64,000 nucleotides of DNA from NCBI GenBank assembly GCA_964474825.1, contig CAYYWQ010000001.1, positions 884,152 to 948,151 of the forward strand, read 5' to 3'. Under the pieces are notes generated by a model. That model was not told the DNA's origin and ran no database searches. It saw only the letters and a list, made by a program, of their open reading frames with translations. Below, piece after piece: positions 37,868 through 47,520 of the stretch. The stretch comes from an uncultured Candidatus Saccharibacteria bacterium. GTDB taxonomy: Bacteria; Patescibacteriota; Doudnabacteria; UBA920. The position numbers and the translations under genes are program-made. How positions within the stretch are numbered: the first letter of the stretch is position 1; each line of letters begins with the position of its first letter.

Positions 37868-38608
37868 TTAATTTTTCAGCTGTGCCTGAATTTTACCTAT
37901 TTCAATTTTTTCCTGGCTGCAATAGTCTTGCGGGTCTTGTTGACCAACAGTTTCCAAGGGCTTATTCTCAAAGCCGGCATGAGTGCTCATAATACAGCTG
38001 GGGTCAGTGTTATGAGCAAGGCCTATTTCATGGCCGAATTCGTGGAGCAAACTGGATAAAAGATACTTCTTAAGCAAGTAGTCGTCACTATTTACAAACT
38101 TAAGGTGGCTATTAAGCGACAGAGCAATTTCATTTTCGCCTACTGTGGTAGACAATTCCTGGTCTAAACGCGGTTCATAATCCGCGGCAAAGACTAATAA
38201 TAACGTGTCAGTCCCCGGAGGAACAAACTGCACATTTTTAACTTCAAGCTTGGAAGAATTACTTAAAGAAAATTTTCCTTCGTCCAGCGCTCCTGGCCCA
38301 AACAACTGGACCTGCCTGCCTGTGTAATGACTAACTAACTCCACAAATTTTTTGAGTACACCTTCGTCTACCTCGTCGGTTTGAGGCTTAAACCAAACTA
38401 TGGCTAGAGGATCTGTTCCAGACAAAAAGGTGGACCTAGCATCGCCCGCGTTATGAAGACCCAAAATAGTCCTTAAAAAACTATGCCTAGCCAAACTATA
38501 ACGCGTGGTCTGGTTAAACTTACTGTTTGGGTCGCCCATAACCTGGACTTTGAGGTAAATAAAAACCCCAATAGCAATAATTAACAGAAGAAGGAAAAGT
38601 CTTTTCAT
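37868..38608 (-). CDS. Membrane-anchored zinc metalloprotease, metzincin-like (HExxHxxGxxH)
   Basis: An N-terminal TM segment is present. The motif HEFGHEIGLAHNTDPSCIMS has Met-turn-like spacing. Confidence 0.65.
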   Translation of the reverse strand: MKRLFLLLLIIAIGVFIYLKVQVMGDPNSKFNQTTRYSLARHSFLRTILGLHNAGDARSTFLSGTDPLAIVWFKPQTDEVDEGVLKKFVELVSHYTGRQVQLFGPGALDEGKFSLSNSSKLEVKNVQFVPPGTDTLLLVFAADYEPRLDQELSTTVGENEIALSLNSHLKFVNSDDYLLKKYLLSSLLHEFGHEIGLAHNTDPSCIMSTHAGFENKPLETVGQQDPQDYCSQEKIEIGKIQAQLKN

Positions 38609-38630
38609 TTTGTTTTATTGATAAATAATA

Positions 38631-40514
38631 TTATTTATCCTTAGGAACCTCTTTATATTCCGCGTCTACGGAACCAGCTTCTTTTTTTTCATCTGCCGGT
38701 GGTGTTTCTGCTCCCGGCTGACTTGCTGATTGCGGATTAGCTGATGGAGTGGCTTCATACATAGCCGCGCCAACCTTTTGAATGGCCGCGGAAAGTTCGT
38801 CTACTGCCTTTTTTAAGGCTTCCACGTCGTCTTTGTCTTTAATTTCTTTTAAAGCCGCAATTTTTTCTTCTACTTCTTTCTTGTCTTCGGGCTTGGCTTT
38901 GTCACCGGCGTCTTTTAGAGTTTTCTCGGAAACTGAAATTAAAGTGTCGGCCTGGTTACGCATGTCTACCGTGTCTTTACGCTTTCTGTCTTCCGCGGCA
39001 TGGGCTTCGGCTTCTTTTTTCATTCTTTCAATTTCGTCTTTGTTCAAATTGCTGGAGCCCTGAATAGTAATTTTATTTTCCTTGCCCGTGGCTTTGTCCT
39101 TACCACTTACAGTTAAAATACCGTTGGCGTCTATGTCAAAAGTTACTTCCACCTGTGGTACGCCTCTTGGAGCGGGTGGGATGCCGTCTAAAATAAATTT
39201 ACCCAAAGACTTGTTGTCCTGCGCGAATTCGCGTTCACCTTGCAGGACGTGGATTTCTACGGAAGTTTGGTTGTCGGCAGCAGTAGAAAATGTTTGGGAT
39301 TTAGATGTTGGGATGGTGGTGTTTCTATCAATGAGCGCTGTTCTTACACCACCCAAAGTTTCCAAACCTAAAGTTAAAGGAGTAACGTCGAGCAGCAAAA
39401 TTTCTTTGCTTTGTACGTCACCGCCTAAAATTCCGGCCTGCACAGCAGCGCCTTTAGCCACAGCTTCCATTGGGTCAACGCCGCCTTCAGCCTGTTTGCC
39501 AACGTAGTCTTCTATAAACTTCTTTACCACCGGCATTCTGGTAGGACCGCCAATTAAAATAATTTTGTCTATATTCGCCGGAGTTAATTTGGCGTCGCTT
39601 AAAGCCTGCTCTACCGGATGACGCATTCTTTCTACAATTGGCTTTACCAATTCTTCCAATTTAGAACGGGTAATTTTCATTTGCAAGTGCTTGGGACCGC
39701 TGGCGTCGGCAGTAATAAAAGGCAGGTTAATATCTGTTTCCATTGTGGTGGAAAGTTCAATTTTGGCTTTTTCCGCAGATTCCCTAACGCGGTTCATGGC
39801 CATTTTGTCGGCCGTTACGTCTATTCCCTGGTCTTGCTTAAAGGTGTCGGTAATGTGCTTTATAAGCGCGCTGTCCATGTCTTTACCGCCGAGCTGAGTG
39901 TCGCCGCTTGTGGACTTAACCTCAAAAGTAGCTTGCTTGTCTACTTCGGAAAAATCCATAATAGTAACGTCCAAAGTACCGCCGCCAAGGTCAAACACTA
40001 AAATCTTTTGGTCTTTGGCAGAAGTTTTGTCCAGCCCATAAGCAAAAGCCGCGGCAGTTGGCTCGTTTATTACGCGAACAACTTCCAGTCCCGCAATTTC
40101 GCCCGCGTTTTTTGTAGCTTGCCTTTGGCTGTCGTCAAAATAAGCCGGAACAGTAATAACAGCTTTAGCCACGGGCTCGCCCAAAAATGTTTCCGCGTCT
40201 TTTTTAATTTTTTGTAAAATAAAAGCGCTAATTTGTTCCGGGGTGTAATCTTTTCCGTTAATCTGATACTTGAATGAAGTCCCCATTTTGCGCTTAGCTT
40301 CAAAAATAGTTCCTTCAGGGTTGGTAACAGCCTGGCGTCTGGCCGGTTCACCAACTAAAAGCTGGCCTTCTTTAGTAAAAGCTACGTAAGACGGAAAAGC
40401 TTTTCCCGCGAGTGAGGTTCCTTCCGCAGCCGGAATCATTACCGGCGTCCCGCCTTGCATAACGCTAGCAGCGGAGTTAGAAGTTCCCAAATCTATCCCT
40501 ATAATTTTTGGCAT
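38631..40514 (-). CDS. dnaK: Chaperone DnaK (Hsp70)
   Basis: The protein reads [22 protein letters not shown]..., [10 protein letters not shown]. An AAGGAG SD lies upstream. Confidence 0.95.
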   Translation of the reverse strand: MPKIIGIDLGTSNSAASVMQGGTPVMIPAAEGTSLAGKAFPSYVAFTKEGQLLVGEPARRQAVTNPEGTIFEAKRKMGTSFKYQINGKDYTPEQISAFILQKIKKDAETFLGEPVAKAVITVPAYFDDSQRQATKNAGEIAGLEVVRVINEPTAAAFAYGLDKTSAKDQKILVFDLGGGTLDVTIMDFSEVDKQATFEVKSTSGDTQLGGKDMDSALIKHITDTFKQDQGIDVTADKMAMNRVRESAEKAKIELSTTMETDINLPFITADASGPKHLQMKITRSKLEELVKPIVERMRHPVEQALSDAKLTPANIDKIILIGGPTRMPVVKKFIEDYVGKQAEGGVDPMEAVAKGAAVQAGILGGDVQSKEILLLDVTPLTLGLETLGGVRTALIDRNTTIPTSKSQTFSTAADNQTSVEIHVLQGEREFAQDNKSLGKFILDGIPPAPRGVPQVEVTFDIDANGILTVSGKDKATGKENKITIQGSSNLNKDEIERMKKEAEAHAAEDRKRKDTVDMRNQADTLISVSEKTLKDAGDKAKPEDKKEVEEKIAALKEIKDKDDVEALKKAVDELSAAIQKVGAAMYEATPSANPQSASQPGAETPPADEKKEAGSVDAEYKEVPKDK

Positions 40515-40595
40515 AATAGCTCCTTCCTTATTCCCTCCCTCCCCTTTAGAGGAGAGGGTCGGGGTGAGGTTGAAATAATGTTGTTTGATTAAAAA

Positions 40596-40916
40596 TTATT
40601 TACTTTCTATATCTGTAAGATGTAAATATGGCAGTTTCTGGCTTTGTACTATTTCAATGGCTTCTGGTGTCGTTTCCCTGTCTACATAAACCCATCCAGT
40701 TTTTTCATCGTGGGTAAATGGCATGTTCCATTCCTGCAAAAAGCTTGCTTTTATCTTTGCCAAATCTGGATGAGCGTCATACTTTGCCTCAAATCTTAAA
40801 TGATTTCCATGTCTTGTAACACCAAACTGTGATGCTCCAGTTAGTAAATGTTTATGAATTGCAAGTATTGAGCCCACTTCTGCTCCTACTTCTGGATTTT
40901 TTAGATGATCTGCCAT
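40596..40916 (-). CDS. Hypothetical protein (106 aa) inserted between grpE and dnaK
   Basis: An ORF with no recognisable motif. Local GC looks lower than dnaK. Confidence 0.4.
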   Translation of the reverse strand: MADHLKNPEVGAEVGSILAIHKHLLTGASQFGVTRHGNHLRFEAKYDAHPDLAKIKASFLQEWNMPFTHDEKTGWVYVDRETTPEAIEIVQSQKLPYLHLTDIESK

Positions 40917-40923
40917 ATTCTTT

Positions 40924-41244
40924 TTATAGTTCTTCTATATCCAACTTCTTAAATTCCTTCAATGTCATTCCCACAACTTTTTTGCTGGCGAAAAGTTTTT
41001 TGGAAGTTGGGAATTGGTCGTGGTGTTCGTCTTTTAAGCGGACAAAAACATTTCCTTCACTGCCGTCGGACAAACGCTTCATATGCAAAATAATTTTGTT
41101 CTTGTTAAGAGCTTTGCCGGTAATAGTGCAGTCATCGCCGTCTAAAACCTTTATGCTCTTGGCCTTTTCTTCCGACTCCATTATGCTTCCTACCTCAAAC
41201 ATATCTTGTATAGTCATAGCTGTTTCTGCTTCTTTCGTCGTCAT
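40924..41244 (-). CDS. Hypothetical protein (106 aa) inserted between grpE and dnaK
   Basis: An ORF with no recognisable motif. It is separated by 7 nt from the next ORF. Confidence 0.4.
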   Translation of the reverse strand: MTTKEAETAMTIQDMFEVGSIMESEEKAKSIKVLDGDDCTITGKALNKNKIILHMKRLSDGSEGNVFVRLKDEHHDQFPTSKKLFASKKVVGMTLKEFKKLDIEEL

Positions 41245-41256
41245 TCAAGACGGCAG

Positions 41257-41757
41257 TTATTGATTATTCTTCTTACTGATTATCACTTGGCTCGGTCTAA
41301 TTACCTTACCATTCAACTCAAATCCGCTTTGGAATTCGTCCAGTACTATTCCGTCGTCTTGTTCCGATTCCTGCTCTTTAACTGCTTCGTGGAAATTAGG
41401 GTCAAACTTTTTTCCAATGGCTTCTATTTTTTTTACTCCCAATTCCCCCAAAACTTTGTCTAGCTGCACTACTATTCCATTAATGCCTGTAAGCCAATTT
41501 TTATAGGAATCATTGCCTTCTTGTGGTGCGTGTTTTAGCCCCTGTTCCAGCGCGTCTATTGTGGGCAGCAACTTTACGACCGTAACCTCCTTGGCAAACT
41601 CCAGCAGTTCTTTGCTTTCTTTTTCTTTTTGGCGCTTATAGTTTTCAAAGTCGGCCAGTGCGCGCTTCCAGTTGCTTGTCATTGAGTCTAAATCAGCTTG
41701 TAACTGCTCTAGAGTGATATTGGAGTTTTGTTCGTCTTGATGGTCTTCGTCGGTCAT
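41257..41757 (-). CDS. grpE: Nucleotide exchange factor GrpE
   Basis: A coiled-coil N-terminus is followed by a C-terminal beta-domain, with the signature region WKRALADFENYKRQ. Confidence 0.85.
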   Translation of the reverse strand: MTDEDHQDEQNSNITLEQLQADLDSMTSNWKRALADFENYKRQKEKESKELLEFAKEVTVVKLLPTIDALEQGLKHAPQEGNDSYKNWLTGINGIVVQLDKVLGELGVKKIEAIGKKFDPNFHEAVKEQESEQDDGIVLDEFQSGFELNGKVIRPSQVIISKKNNQ

Positions 41758-41769
41758 ATTCTTTCTGGC

Positions 41770-41850
41770 TTTACGAACTACTAATTTTTTACGAATATAC
41801 TAATGCTAATGGTTTGATTCGTATATTAGTAACGATTCGTAGTTAGTAAA
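41770..41850. repeat. Family D palindromic element (second copy of the tacgaatatactaatgct / ttcgtatattagtaa / attcgtagttagtaaa element)
   Basis: Near-identical core to 10060-10140. It lies between hrcA and grpE. Confidence 0.45.
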
Positions 41851-41856
41851 GACAGT

Positions 41857-42612
41857 CTATTTAATAATAAAAAAGATAAACACTGCCGCGCCACCGCCTA
41901 GTAACTTCGCTACATATTCCATCAAACTCAAATTCTTTTCGTACTTCATACTCTTGGGGCCAATTAAACCAATTACGCCTTTTTTTCCGCTTGGTAATTT
42001 AAGACCACTGACTATCATAGAGTAGTCGGACTTCTTTGACAGCGTAATTTCTTTGCCAATCCGCGCTTCCGGTCCTTTGCCGCCATAGTCGAGCATCATT
42101 TGGTCCGCGTATTCGTCAAGATGATCAAAAAACTGCGCAATTTCTTTGGCGTCTTCGGGGGGCAATGCCGGATTGTCTAAAATATTAGAAATTCCCATTG
42201 TGGAAACTTCTTCCGGAAAAAGAGCGAACGATGCTTGTTGGGAATGTTCGGAAAGTAGCTTGGCAATCCGCCTTCCCATTTCCGCGTGCGCCATTTGCAG
42301 CTTTAACATTTCCCGCTTAAGCGTGTCCTGTTCTTTTAAAGTCAATTTCACTCTGTCCATTAGCTGGTTTACAAAATAACGAAAACCTTTGTCAGTTGGC
42401 ACGCGCCCGGCAGAAGTATGCGGCTGGCTAATATAGCCGTTCTTTTCCAAAGCCTGCATTTCATTGCGGATGGTAGGACTGGAAATATTAAAATTATATT
42501 TTTCCACCAAATCCCCGCTGGCAACAGGCTGCCCACTTTCGCAGTTTTCCTTAACAATAGCAGCCAAAATTTTGGCTTGTCTGGGAGAAATTTGATTATC
42601 AGACTGGTTCAT
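41857..42612 (-). CDS. hrcA: Heat-inducible transcription repressor HrcA (short form)
   Basis: An N-terminal winged helix reads RQAKILAAIVKENCESGQPVASGDLVEKY. The 251-aa protein is shorter than typical HrcA. Confidence 0.8.
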   Translation of the reverse strand: MNQSDNQISPRQAKILAAIVKENCESGQPVASGDLVEKYNFNISSPTIRNEMQALEKNGYISQPHTSAGRVPTDKGFRYFVNQLMDRVKLTLKEQDTLKREMLKLQMAHAEMGRRIAKLLSEHSQQASFALFPEEVSTMGISNILDNPALPPEDAKEIAQFFDHLDEYADQMMLDYGGKGPEARIGKEITLSKKSDYSMIVSGLKLPSGKKGVIGLIGPKSMKYEKNLSLMEYVAKLLGGGAAVFIFFIIK

Positions 42613-42618
42613 ATATTG

Positions 42619-42647
42619 ATAATATCATTAGCACTCTATGGTGTCAA
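42619..42647 (-). promoter_or_regulatory. Sigma-70-type promoter of the hrcA operon: TTGACA-N17-TATTAT, with the -10 only 6 nt from the ATG (a leaderless transcript is predicted)
   Basis: Minus strand reads cacTTGACAccatagagtgctaatgaTATTATcaatatATG. Confidence 0.55.
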
Positions 42648-42654
42648 GTGATAA
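42628..42654. promoter_or_regulatory. CIRCE-like HrcA operator: TTAGCACTC-N9-AAGTGATAA (consensus TTAGCACTC-N9-GAGTGCTAA), overlapping the -35 and spacer
   Basis: The left half is a 9/9 match and the right half 7/9. The position relative to the promoter is typical of HrcA-controlled operons. Confidence 0.6.
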
Positions 42655-42727
42655 TTTACGGTAAAACCGGTTCGATTTGACAATCGATTACCTGTACTAT
42701 ATGTTAACGTTATATTAACCAAAAATT

Positions 42728-43132
42728 ATGACAAACGCTCCAAAAATGCAAATAAACGACGAAGAATTAAAAAAGAAGCTTACGCCTGAGCAATACCATA
42801 TACTCCGGGAAAAAGGCACAGAGGCTCCTGGCTCTTCCCCGCTTCTCCACGAAAAGGGCAAGGGCATGTTTGCCTGCGCGGTTTGCGGCAACCAATTGTT
42901 TGCTTCAGATTCCAAATTTGACAGTGGTACAGGCTGGCCAAGTTTTGACAAAGCTCTGCCAGGAGCCGTGGAATTCCACGCCGATAACGAACTAGGTATG
43001 TCTCGCACGGAAGTTACCTGCGCCAACTGTGGCAGCCACTTAGGCCATGTATTTGACGACGGCCCTACGGCAACAACAGGCAAGCGGTTTTGCATAAACG
43101 GGGCTTGCTTACTTATGCAAAAACACGAATAA
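42728..43132 (+). CDS. msrB: Peptide-methionine (R)-S-oxide reductase MsrB
   Basis: A CxxC ... CxxC zinc site and the catalytic region GTGWPSF ... CANCGSHLGHVFDDGP are present. Confidence 0.9.
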   Translation: MTNAPKMQINDEELKKKLTPEQYHILREKGTEAPGSSPLLHEKGKGMFACAVCGNQLFASDSKFDSGTGWPSFDKALPGAVEFHADNELGMSRTEVTCANCGSHLGHVFDDGPTATTGKRFCINGACLLMQKHE

Positions 43133-43144
43133 AATATCAAGTTT

Positions 43145-43180
43145 AAAAAAACTCATCCGGCTCGGATGAGTTTTTTATTT
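43145..43180 (+). terminator. Rho-independent terminator (actcatccg-gct-cggatgag + TTTTTT)
   Basis: Seen directly after the msrB stop. Confidence 0.8.
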
Positions 43181-43186
43181 TGCAAA

Positions 43187-44590
43187 TTAATTTCCAGTAA
43201 CCACAGTAACCTCAGGCAGAGTTTCTAAAGCAACAAAAAAATTTTCTTTTTCGCAGTCAAAGGCTGCGCCTGAGTCCAGTAAATGCAGGTTAGACAAAAA
43301 AGAAAAATGCCCGTCGTCTCCTATGTTATAAATTTCAAACTCTTTGTTGTTGCCGTTGCCAGTTGTAAAAACCTTGTCGCTGCGGAACAACAAATCCCTC
43401 ACAGAATAGTCGGCGTCAAAAGAATCAACGGCAGAGAACGTACTAAAATCATCAGTCGCTAAAGAATACAGTTCATTTTGTCCTGGCGAATCAAACCCTG
43501 CCAAACTACGGCCCATAATAATTTTTTTACCTAAAACGTATAAACTTTTGCCCGGGTGGTTCACTACAGCGGGAGCGGTAAAATTACCCACCTCTATAAT
43601 ATGGGCAGGGTCAGTAACATCTAAAACCCGGAGTTCTTTTTCCGGCGTAGACACAAACACCCAATTATTACTTACAAACAAGTCGTTAACCATTGTATCT
43701 AACTCAAACTGCCCCTGCCAAACCGGCACTACCGGATTACTAACGTCAAAAATTTGTAGTTCCCCGGCTCCGCCGGCTTTGGTTAGGCCCAAATAAATTT
43801 TATTATGGTAATAAAAAATTTTATGTCCCATGCCTCCACTGGTTACTCCGTCTATTTTTAGAGCCTTCATTATTACAGGGTTTGCCGGATTACTTACGTC
43901 TATAACTTCCAATTGCCCGTTTATGCTAGTGTTGGCAGCATACACATAATTGCCAATATTTATTACGTCTTCCAAACCAGGGCCTGTGTTCACACTCCCC
44001 ATTACTGTTAAAACATCCGGATTACTAATGTCTACAATTGCCAAATCCGGCGTGCTTTGCGCGCCATAATTTAAAGCCAAATAAAGTTTTCCATTAGCCG
44101 CGTCCAGCCCAAACGCCGGACCCGCAGAAGGGTCTAGTTCTGTAATATTAAAAGAATTTACAATTTTAGGGTGCGCCCAGTCTTTATAAAAATTTATTGC
44201 GCAAGTTTCTGTTGGGCTGTAGTTGGCTACGTCTACAAATAATTGGTCTAGTCCCGCGTATTTTTCAGAGCCCTCAACCAGCCCCCAACTGCTTTTAGCG
44301 CTTGCAACTTTTACGTAAGAAGTTAAGTCCGTGTAATTCACCGACTCTTCTAAGCCTCCTGCTGCCTGGCTATTATTTTCTAAATGTAGAAAATCTGTTT
44401 TAGCTTGAGTATGGCTTTCCTCAAGTCTTGCGAGGGATGAAGGCAATGCTTCCTGGTCAAGGCCAGAAGAAATAACCATAGACTGCCCGTCTACCACCAA
44501 TAAAATTACAGCAGGAATAATAATCCCAACCAAAGCCAAACAAATAATAATTTCAAATGTGGAAGATCCTTTTTGTGTTTCCTTAAGCAT
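43187..44590 (-). CDS. Large pseudopilin-like protein: prepilin-type N-terminal helix fused to an LVIVD-type beta-propeller
   Basis: The start was set at MLKETQKGSSTFEIIICLALVGIIIP (G-x-x-x-F-E pilin signature). The C-terminus has repeated blocks such as IDVSNPANPV and IFDVSNPVVPV, typical of LVIVD propeller blades. Confidence 0.55.
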   Translation of the reverse strand: MLKETQKGSSTFEIIICLALVGIIIPAVILLVVDGQSMVISSGLDQEALPSSLARLEESHTQAKTDFLHLENNSQAAGGLEESVNYTDLTSYVKVASAKSSWGLVEGSEKYAGLDQLFVDVANYSPTETCAINFYKDWAHPKIVNSFNITELDPSAGPAFGLDAANGKLYLALNYGAQSTPDLAIVDISNPDVLTVMGSVNTGPGLEDVINIGNYVYAANTSINGQLEVIDVSNPANPVIMKALKIDGVTSGGMGHKIFYYHNKIYLGLTKAGGAGELQIFDVSNPVVPVWQGQFELDTMVNDLFVSNNWVFVSTPEKELRVLDVTDPAHIIEVGNFTAPAVVNHPGKSLYVLGKKIIMGRSLAGFDSPGQNELYSLATDDFSTFSAVDSFDADYSVRDLLFRSDKVFTTGNGNNKEFEIYNIGDDGHFSFLSNLHLLDSGAAFDCEKENFFVALETLPEVTVVTGN

Positions 44591-44717
44591 TTTAACAATT
44601 AAAGCTTTCTTTAGAATTGCACTGAATTTACCGCAAAATTTACGCGCTGTCAAGATTATTTTATGGCCATTGATCATTGAACTTCTTTGTTATATCCTTA
44701 AAACAAAGGAGTGCTCG

Positions 44718-44849
44718 ATGAAAGAGACGTTTAAAAAACTGTTCTGGTCAAATTGGGCTCTGTGTGGAGCCGGGACGCTAGTGTTCTGTCTAGTGTACAA
44801 GGTCTGCACGTACTTTGACCCCTCACAGGTCAACGCACACCTCCCGTAA
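44718..44849 (+). CDS. Small Cys-containing peptide (43 aa): MKETFKKLFWSNWALCGAGTLVFCLVYKVCTYFDPSQVNAHLP
   Basis: An AAGGAG SD lies 8 nt upstream. An independent hairpin terminator sits about 75 nt downstream. The coordinates were taken from the ORF track. Confidence 0.35.
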   Translation: MKETFKKLFWSNWALCGAGTLVFCLVYKVCTYFDPSQVNAHLP

Positions 44850-44923
44850 TCAGAAGCGGATACAAGGCCTTTTAAAGCCACCCCGCGACCCTAAGCCGCT
44901 GCCACTTATCTACGGCGCCGAGA

Positions 44924-44956
44924 CCCGACTCGGCGCCTTCTTCTTTTGCCTAAATA
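44924..44956 (+). terminator. Hairpin ggcgccgag-acccga-ctcggcgcc followed by a T-rich run
   Basis: A perfect 9-bp GC-rich stem is followed by ttcttctttt. Confidence 0.5.
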
Positions 44957-45144
44957 AAAAATATATGGTTAACTAAGAACAGGCCTAAAACAAAATAACA
45001 TTTTGGCCAATTTTTCCAAACTTCGGCTGCAAAACCCTCAAACCTCCTCCGCTTAGCTATGGCTAAACATCGTCGGTTATTCGGATTTTTCGCTCGAAGT
45101 TTGTAAAAATTATCTCAAAAGCTTATTTTGCCTTAGGCCTTTAT

Positions 45145-46254
45145 ATGAAACTACCAAAACGAATGTTGGCATATTTAATAATTACCCAGATTATTCTAAT
45201 ATGCGCGCATTTAGTTCTCTACACCGCGGCTATTTTTTTCTTCCCAAATTTCTTTTCGCATCACACCGCCCTGCTGACGCTTTTGTTAATATTGTCCGTA
45301 AGTTTTAACCTGGCATTTGGCTTAAACTTCCAACAGCGGGGGAAAATTTTCCGCTGGTTTTATATTATTGTTGCCTGCTGGCAGCCAATGTGGACTTATT
45401 TACTTTTAGCTTTTGCCGTATCTTCCCTTATTTACTTAATAAACCCAAATTGGCCAATAGACCAAATTGTTTCTGTTTTAGTCATTTACGCAATAATCCT
45501 TAATATTTACGGTATTTTAAACGCCCGCCACATACGCGTTATAAGGCTAACCATTAAGCTCCCGCATTTGCCGGAATTTTGGCAAAACAAAACTGCTGTT
45601 TTAGTAAGTGATTTGCATTTAGGCCACATTCTAAGGGAAGAGACCGCCAAAAAAATTGTAAATAAAATTAATTCGGAAAATCCGGACATAATTTTTATTC
45701 CCGGGGATGTTTTTGACGGCCCCCACCCGGGCCTTGCCGGCTTAGTTGAGCCTTTGAAAAACTTAAAAAGCAATTACGGCAGTTATTTTTGCTCCGGCAA
45801 TCACGAATTTTACGCGGGAATGGAAGAATGCGAGCAATCTTTAATTAACGTTGGTGTAAATATTCTGGACGATAAAAAAATTGAGATTGAGGGTTTGCAA
45901 CTGCTGGGTCTTGCCTACCACGGCGGGCAAACAGACCAGCAGGCCGGACAAATTCTTTCTCGCCTGCAAATTGACTCAAGCAAGCCAAGCGTTTTACTTA
46001 AGCACATTCCCACGGCAATTGGCGTTGCCGCGGGCCACGGGATTTCCCTGCAACTCTCCGGCCATACCCATAAGGCGCAAGTTTGGCCTCTGAACTTTAT
46101 TGCAAAAAAAATCTTTAAGGGGTTTGATTACGGCCTAAAACGCTTTGGAAAAATGCAGGTCTATACCAGCAGCGGCGTAGGCACCTGGGGCCCGCCGGTC
46201 AGAATTTTTACTAAGGCAGAAATTATTAAAATTAAATTTATAAAAGACCAATAG
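45145..46254 (+). CDS. Membrane-anchored calcineurin-like metallophosphoesterase
   Basis: About 4 N-terminal TM helices are followed by VSDLHLGH, IPGDVFDG and GNHEF motifs. Confidence 0.75.
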   Translation: MKLPKRMLAYLIITQIILICAHLVLYTAAIFFFPNFFSHHTALLTLLLILSVSFNLAFGLNFQQRGKIFRWFYIIVACWQPMWTYLLLAFAVSSLIYLINPNWPIDQIVSVLVIYAIILNIYGILNARHIRVIRLTIKLPHLPEFWQNKTAVLVSDLHLGHILREETAKKIVNKINSENPDIIFIPGDVFDGPHPGLAGLVEPLKNLKSNYGSYFCSGNHEFYAGMEECEQSLINVGVNILDDKKIEIEGLQLLGLAYHGGQTDQQAGQILSRLQIDSSKPSVLLKHIPTAIGVAAGHGISLQLSGHTHKAQVWPLNFIAKKIFKGFDYGLKRFGKMQVYTSSGVGTWGPPVRIFTKAEIIKIKFIKDQ

Positions 46255-46283
46255 GAAAAATAGTTTTTAAAATTGATGGTACT

Positions 46284-46316
46284 AAAAAACCGTCACCCTT
46301 CGGGTGACGGTTTTTA
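46284..46316. terminator. Bidirectional rho-independent terminator (accgtcaccc-ttcg-gggtgacggt flanked by A/T tracts)
   Basis: It serves the convergent genes at 45145..46254 (+) and 46328..46825 (-). Confidence 0.8.
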
Positions 46317-46327
46317 AATAAGTAAAA

Positions 46328-46825
46328 TTATCTCAAAGCCCCGTTAACTAAGTAATGCGTTCCCGGACCCAAATTAACACCTTGCTGGCCAAAGCCCAAA
46401 CAAAACGCAATAGTATACCTGCTGGCTTTGTTACTGCTTATATCGCTTTGGTACCAATACAAATTATTCAAAATAGGGGTATTGGTATTGGTGCAAGAGC
46501 CATCAGGAGTCGGGGGAGCATCGGGAAGACGGCTTAAATACTTGGGGACCAATCCTTTAATTGTGGTTGAGAGCAATACGCCACCAACCTGATAAGCTCC
46601 TAAGGAATCCGTTGCGGTTGGATACCCATAATTGTCGTTAAAATACAATTCCAAAGCCTTGGACATCTGAGACATGTCTCCGAGCCTCTTGCCGTCACGG
46701 CCGCGCGCACGGCCCGCCTGCGCGGCTACAAGAACAACAGAAGAAATTAAACCTATAACTGCAACAACCACTAAAAGCTCTATTAATGTGAATCCTTTAT
46801 TTGTGGCTTTCTTTAAACTTTTCAT
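46328..46825 (-). CDS. Type IV pilin-like protein (paralogue of 24730..25230)
   Basis: The N-terminus reads MKSLKKATNKGFTLIELLVVVAVIGLISS. It shares LELYF.N.GYP with the other pilin. Confidence 0.75.
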   Translation of the reverse strand: MKSLKKATNKGFTLIELLVVVAVIGLISSVVLVAAQAGRARGRDGKRLGDMSQMSKALELYFNDNYGYPTATDSLGAYQVGGVLLSTTIKGLVPKYLSRLPDAPPTPDGSCTNTNTPILNNLYWYQSDISSNKASRYTIAFCLGFGQQGVNLGPGTHYLVNGALR

Positions 46826-46869
46826 TTTTGTTTCAAGTTTTGTGGATTTCAGATAAATTTATTATATAG

Positions 46870-47445
46870 CTATTGGATAATCTTATCAAGCAACCCGTAT
46901 TTCCTGGCTTCTTCCGCTGTCATCCAAAAATCCCTGTCTGTGTCATTTTCAATTTTTTTGGTTGGTTGTCCCGTGTGTTTGGATAAAATTAAATTTAATT
47001 GGTTTTTTATGCGGGTAATTTCGTTGGCCGCAATAACAATGTCTTTTTGCTGGCCTTCCGCACCGCCCATAACCTGGTGAATAAGTACTCGCGCGTTAGG
47101 CAAAGCCATGCGTTTACCTTTGGCTCCCGCGGCCAAAAGAACCGCCGCGGCCGAAGCAGCCTGACCAATACAAATAGTCATGACCTGGGCTTTTACATGC
47201 TGCATGGTGTCGTATAAAGCAAGTGCAGATGTTACTGAGCCGCCCGGAGAATTAATATAAAGTTTAATATCTTCTTTAGAATTTTCCGCGTCTAAAAAGA
47301 GCAGCTGAGCAATTACAGTATTAGCCACTGCGTCGTCTAGCGGCTCACCTAAAAAGATAATGCGCTCTTTTAACAAACGAGAATAAATATCGTAAGCCCT
47401 CTCGCCGTCAAAACTTTTCTGGATAACCATTGGTACTAAAGGCAT
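46870..47445 (-). CDS. clpP: ATP-dependent Clp protease proteolytic subunit
   Basis: The catalytic Ser context is [11 protein letters not shown], with His and Asp downstream. Confidence 0.9.
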   Translation of the reverse strand: MPLVPMVIQKSFDGERAYDIYSRLLKERIIFLGEPLDDAVANTVIAQLLFLDAENSKEDIKLYINSPGGSVTSALALYDTMQHVKAQVMTICIGQAASAAAVLLAAGAKGKRMALPNARVLIHQVMGGAEGQQKDIVIAANEITRIKNQLNLILSKHTGQPTKKIENDTDRDFWMTAEEARKYGLLDKIIQ

Positions 47446-47520
47446 AAAGGTAGTTGTTAGTGATTAGTGGATAGTGTGTAGCGTGCCGATTTATCGGCAT
47501 CTAAGTAAAAAGAAAGTCTA
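47446..47520. repeat. Family B-like TAG-rich spacer with hairpin gtgccgatttatcggcat
   Basis: It reads ggtagttgttagtgattagtggatagtgtgtagcgtgcc... Confidence 0.35.

Noticed and set aside
42715-43140. 141-aa minus-strand ORF
   Set aside because: It is antisense to msrB, which has unmistakable catalytic motifs. It is spurious.
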